64,000 bases of DNA from the human T2T-CHM13v2.0 reference genome, Homo sapiens. Both the position numbers and the translations under genes were made by a program. The stretch lies in the NCBI RefSeq assembly GCF_009914755.1, contig NC_060933.1. One strand, written 5' to 3'. Below are positions 48,402 to 64,000 of the stretch, in pieces (the first letter of the stretch is position 1; the number at the start of each line of letters is the position of its first letter). Under the pieces are notes generated by a model. It worked only from the letters and a program-made list of their open reading frames with translations. It was not told the DNA's origin and searched no databases.

Positions 48402-49354
48402 TATAGGGTCCAGCCCTACTGTGCCTGTGTGTTTTTTTCTTCATGTGCAGAGATGAGAGATCGTAGAAATAAAGACACAAGACAAAGAGATGGAAGAAAA
48501 GACAGCTGGGCCCAGGGGACCACTACCACCAAGGCATGGAGACCGGTAGTGGCCCCGAATGCCTGGCTGCACTGTTATTTATTTGATACAAGGCAAGGGG
48601 GCAGGTAAGAAGTGTGAGTCGTCTCCAGCGATACGTAAGGTCACGTGAGTCACGTGTCCACCGGACAGGGGGCCCTTCCCTATTTGGTAGCCGAGGCGGA
48701 GAGAGAATGGGGACAGCTTATGTCATTATTTCTTCTATGTATTTCTCGGAGAGATCAAACACTTTAATACTTTCACTAATTCTGCTACTGCTATCTAGAA
48801 GGCACAGCCAGGTGTACAGGGCGTAACACGAAAGTGGACCAGGAGCGTGACCGCTGAAGCACAGCATCACAGGGAGACGTTTAGGCCTCCGGATGGCTGC
48901 GGGCGGGCTTGACTGATGTCAGGCCTTCCACAAGAGGTGGTGGAGCAGAGTCTTCTCTAACTCCCCTGGCGAAACGAGACTCCCTTTCCTGGTCTGCTAA
49001 GCAGTGGGTGTCTTCCCAGGCACTGGCGTTACCGCTAGACCAAGGAGCCCTCTAGTGGCCCTGTCTGGGCATAACAGAAGGCTCACACTTGTCTTTGGTC
49101 GCTTCTCACCATGTCCCTTCAGCTCCTATCTCTGTATGGCCTGGTTTTTCCCAGGTTATAATTGTAGAACAGAGATTATTATAATATTGGAACAAAGAGT
49201 AATGCTACAAACTAATGATTAATATTCATATATCATCATATCTATATTCTAGTTCCAGTATAACTATTCTTATTCTGTATATTTTCTTTATTATACTGTA
49301 ACAGCTCGTGCCCTCGGTCTCTTGCCTCGGCACCTGGGTGGCTTGCCGCCCACA
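48402..49354 (-). mobile_element. Third LTR13-family solo LTR (LTR13A-like), sense to PNPLA7
   Basis: Reverse complement of the same termini; perfect TSD AGGAGG (48396-48401 and 49355-49360). Confidence 0.85.
49045..49062 (-). promoter_or_regulatory. CTCF-like motif GGGCCACTAGAGGGCTCC in LTR13 #3
   Basis: Close to the CTCF core; opposite orientation to the motif in LTR13 #1. Confidence 0.5.
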
Positions 49355-49369
49355 AGGAGGATGGCATAG

Positions 49370-49643
<274 letters not shown>

Positions 49644-49869
49644 TAGCCAGGATGGTCTCAATCTCCTGACCTCATGATCCACCCGCCTCAGCCTCCCAAA
49701 GTGCTGGGATTACAGGCGTGAGCCACCGCGCCTGGCCGATTTTCATCCTTTGTAGTACAAATGTGAATTGTTCTAGAATATTGAATCTGAGGGGGTCACA
49801 GGAATCCCTGAAGTTGTAACCAGTTGGTCACAAGTGTGAGTGGCCTGGGAACTCCCAAGTTTGCAGTTT

Positions 49870-55627
<5,758 letters not shown>

Positions 55628-56039
55628 TTATCTTTGTCCCCTTGTGGAATATACATGCTTATCTCTGCTCTCTTAAAAAGATACAAACCTCCAAGGATAA
55701 AGACAAAAGCTAAGAGTAGATAAAAAATGTCACTGAAATTTTAGCGGCTGATGAAAGCAAGTGACAGGGTCATGGCTGGTGGAGCCCTCTAAGGAAAGCT
55801 GACACTTGGTTTTAGAGGTGCAGAACCTGGACAGAGAGGACTGGTCCTCACTGCAGAGCCAGAACGAGGCTAACATGCAGGTGAGACGGGAAGAGGGGCA
55901 GGCTAACCCCAAGTCACTTTCCTGACCCCAACAGGCTGGAAATGGCTTTTCCCCGTGGCCAGAGGACTACCAGGAACTCTCTGGAGAAGGTGAAGCAAGC
56001 AGGTAAGAGCCCAAGGACATCAGGTGTGGCTACGAATCC

Positions 56040-57670
56040 AAGAACAGTGTCCACTCCAGACGGGAGCACTCCCAGACTCCTCAGTGAGTGTCCACTCCAG
56101 ACGGGAACACTCCCAGAATCCTCAACAACAGTGTCCACTCCAGACGGGAGCACCCCCAGACTCCTCCCCAAGTGTCCACTCCAGATGGGAGCACTCTCAG
56201 ACTCCTCAGTGAGTGTCCACTCCAGATGGGAGCACTCTCAGACTCCTCAGTGAGTGTCCACTCCAGACGGGAGCACCCCTAGACTCCTCCCCAACAGTGT
56301 CCACTCCAGGCGGGAGGACTCCCAGAATTCTCCACAACAGTGTACACTCTAGACGGGGGCACTCCCAGAGTCCTCCCCAACAGTGTCCACTCCAGGCGGG
56401 AGGACTCCCAGACTCCTCCCCAACAGTGTCCACTCCAGGCGGGAGGACTCCCAGAATCCTCAACAACAGTGTCCACTCCAGACAGGAGCACCCCCAGACT
56501 CCTCCCCAAGTGTCCACTCCAGATGGGAGCACTCCCAGACTCCTCAGTGAATGTCCACTCCAGACGGGAGCACCCCCAGACTCCTCCCCAACAGTGTCCA
56601 CTCCAGGCGGGAGGACTCCCAGAATTCTCCACAACAGTGTACACTCCAGGCGGGAGGACTCCCAGAATCCTCCACAAGTGTCCACTCCAGACGGGAGCAC
56701 CCCCAGAATCCTCCCCAACAATGTCCACTCCAGGCGGGAGGACTCCCAGAATCCTCCACAACAGTGTCCACTCCAGACAGGAGCATCCCCAGACTCCTCC
56801 CCAAGTGTCCACTCCAGATGGGAGCACTCCCAGACTCCTGAGTGTCCACTCCAGATGGGAGCACTCCCAGACTCCTCCCCAACAGTGTCCACTCCAGGCA
56901 GGAGGGCTCCCAGAATCCTCCACAACAGTGTACACTCTAGACGGGGGCACTCCCAGACTCCTCCCCAACAGTGTCCACTCCAGACAGGAGCACCCCCAGA
57001 CTCCTCCCCAACAGCGTCCACTCCAGACAGGAGCACTCCCAGACTCCTCAGTGAGTGTCCCCTCCAGACAGGAGCACTCCCAGAATCCTCCCCAACAGTG
57101 TCCACTCCAGGCGGGAGGACTCCCAGAATCCTCCACAACAGTGTATACTCCAGGTGGGAGGACTCCCAGAATCCTCCACAACAGTGTCTACTCCAGATGG
57201 GAGCACCCCCAGACTCCTCCCCAACAGTGTCCACTCCAGGCGGGAGGACTCCCAGAATCCTCCACAACAGTGTCCACTCCAGGCGGGAGGACTCCCAGAA
57301 TCCTCCACAACAGTGTCCACTCCAGACGGGAGCACCCCCAGACTCCTCCCCAACTGTCCACTCCAGATGGGAGCACCCCCAGACTACTCCCCAACACTGT
57401 CCACTCCAGGCGGGAGCACTCCCAGGCTCCTCAGTGAGTGTCCACTCCAGACGGGGGCACTCCCAGGCTCCTCCCCAACAGTGTCTACTCCAGGCGGGAG
57501 CACTCCCAGGCTCCTCAGTGAGTGTCCACTCCAGATGGGTGCACTTCCAGGCTCCTCCCCAACAGTGTCCACTCCAGATGGGAGCACTCCCAGACTCAGA
57601 CAGGAGCACTCCCAGACTCCTCCCCAACAGTGTCCACTCCAGATGGGAGCACTCCCAGACTCCTCCCCCT
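56040..57670. repeat. ~1.6 kb VNTR with a ~41-43-bp unit (cagtgtccactccagacgggagcactcccagactcctcccca)
   Basis: Direct reading. Confidence 0.95.
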
Positions 57671-58634
57671 CCTCCAACCCAGTGCCACCACAGCAGAACA
57701 TACGCAGATTCCTTTCTGAGAAGCTGCCCTAAAAAAAAGACCTACAGACCCTGACCTGTAGACTCCCAAACCATGAAGGAAAGAGCCAGCGTCCTGCTCA
57801 GTCCTCCTGCAGGGAGTGTCCCCTGTTAACGAGCCCTGACCCCATGCACACGCAGCCTATATGCAGCTTTCAGGTGGATCACGCTGTTTTCGTTTTGTAG
57901 TTAACCCATGTAACTCCCACCGAAATCAATATGTAGAACATTTCCAGTAATCTAGATTACCTTACGCCTCCCCGGGTCGATACCCAACCTAAACCCCTAA
58001 CAGGCAACCACTAATGAGACCTTAACCCCAGCAGGGCCAAACACCAGGACCAAGTCCCTCGAACCGCGCGTTCTAACAGGCAACCACTAATGAGACCTTA
58101 ACCCCAGCAGGGCCAAACACCAACACCAAGTCCCTCCAACCGCACGTTTTTTGTAAAGGAAGTTTTTTTTGGAACACTAGATGGCCACATTGAGTAGCTG
58201 CAAGAGAGACCACGTGGCCCATAAAGCTGAAATATTTACACTCTGGCCTTTTACAGAGAAAGCTGGCTGGCCAGCCTCTGTCCTCAAGTGTCAGTACAGC
58301 TGGTAGCTGAGCCTCAGGTGAGTGAAATTACACAGTGTGTGCTTTTTGTTGCTGGCCTCTTGGGCTCCACATTATTTCTGTGAGATGCAGCTATGCTGGT
58401 TTGCACACTTGTGTTCAATAAGAACTTCATTCACACATAAAGTGACTGCTGGAGGCAGAAAAGCCCCTGATCAGAAAGACAGAAGCCAAAATAAACAGAG
58501 AAGAAAAACTCAGGTCAGAAACAACTCAGGGAGCAAAAGAAAACCCATCTTACTTTATCCATGAAGTAAGAACAAGATAATTTTTAAAAATTAAAACATA
58601 AGAACAAAGATACTTTTTTAAAAAGAACATTCAG

Positions 58635-63243
<4,609 letters not shown>

Positions 63244-63803
63244 CCCGGCAGCACCTTTCAAAATTACAAGTCTGCATCCCTGGGACCCTGCAAGTCCACC
63301 CTAGGATTTATCCTGCAGATCAGGCTCTGGTATCGGAAACGATGGACACAGGAAACCATTCACTGCAACGACGAAAAGCAAAAGACTGGGAGCCACAGAA
63401 AGACGGCGCCAGCAGGGAAGAGCCCAGCAGGACCTGCAGGAAACGGGGGTGGCTGGTCCCTCGGGAGGGCCTTGGGCCTGAGGAGAGGAGAAAACGCCTT
63501 CCCTCTACAACACTTTGTGCCTTTTGAATGCTGAACCACATGCATTTATGACCCAGTTCAACAACAGTCATTTAAGAGACAACCAAAACCGTTAGCCACA
63601 TGCCCGGCTATTCTTCAACGCACTGTGGCCAGAATGAAGCTCCCTCCTCTTTCTTCCCTCCTTCCTGGACCAAACCCTGCTCCCCTCACATCACTGTGGA
63701 GAACTGGCCTTTAACCACTACCAGCTGTCCAGACAAGACAGAAAAACCAGGCCTCCGGGGCCAACCCAGGGGCGCCCGGAGGGCCAGGCAGCGGGGGACT
63801 CAC

Positions 63804-63884
63804 GGTGATGATGTCCAGGATGCTGAGCAGGCTGTGGACGCTGTCTCCCGCCAGAACCTCTTTCACCACCACCTCGGTGCCGTC
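63804..63884 (-). CDS. PNPLA7: Exon A (81 nt, phase 0-0) [27 protein letters not shown]; cNMP-binding domain 1
   Basis: CAG acceptor 63885-63887; donor ACC|GTGAGT. Confidence 0.93.
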
Positions 63885-64000
63885 CTGTGCTTGGAGAGCA
63901 GAGTGGGTGCCGTCAGGTCTGGGGCTGCGACCGCGGGGCCTGGCGGAGGCTCAGCCCAGCCCAGGGCAGTGGGGCCACGGGCCTGCACCTCTGAGGCGCC

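Noticed and set aside
56206-57754. 473-513-aa repetitive ORFs
   Set aside because: VNTR-derived and open on both strands in several frames

Overview
Primate (most likely human) genomic DNA: GC-rich, Alu-dense and unusually rich in VNTRs. The window holds the middle of PNPLA7 (NTE-related lysophospholipase, human 9q34.3) on the minus strand. I resolved 16 consecutive coding exons (1,914 nt, 638 aa), all with GT-AG boundaries and a continuous reading frame. They encode the end of cNMP-binding domain 1, a linker, cNMP-binding domains 2 and 3, and the region before the patatin domain. The N-terminus and catalytic domain lie outside the window. The introns contain more than 30 Alus, old L1 and LTR fragments, three LTR13-family (HERV-K13/HML-4) solo LTRs with their own TSDs, and about 20 tandem repeats, including a ~2 kb T-free G/CpG repeat and a ~1.4 kb GAA-rich polypurine tract. 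The most interesting observations: (1) two sense-strand VNTRs are arrays of 5' splice-site (U1) motifs, one abutting a real donor behind a stop codon and one directly after a candidate intronic poly(A) site that would give a catalytically dead isoform; (2) a stop-free, in-frame 222-nt intron; (3) a NAGNAG acceptor; (4) convergent CTCF-like motifs carried by the LTR13 copies. All functional interpretations are hypotheses. Repeat family names and repeat boundaries come from recognition by eye and are approximate.
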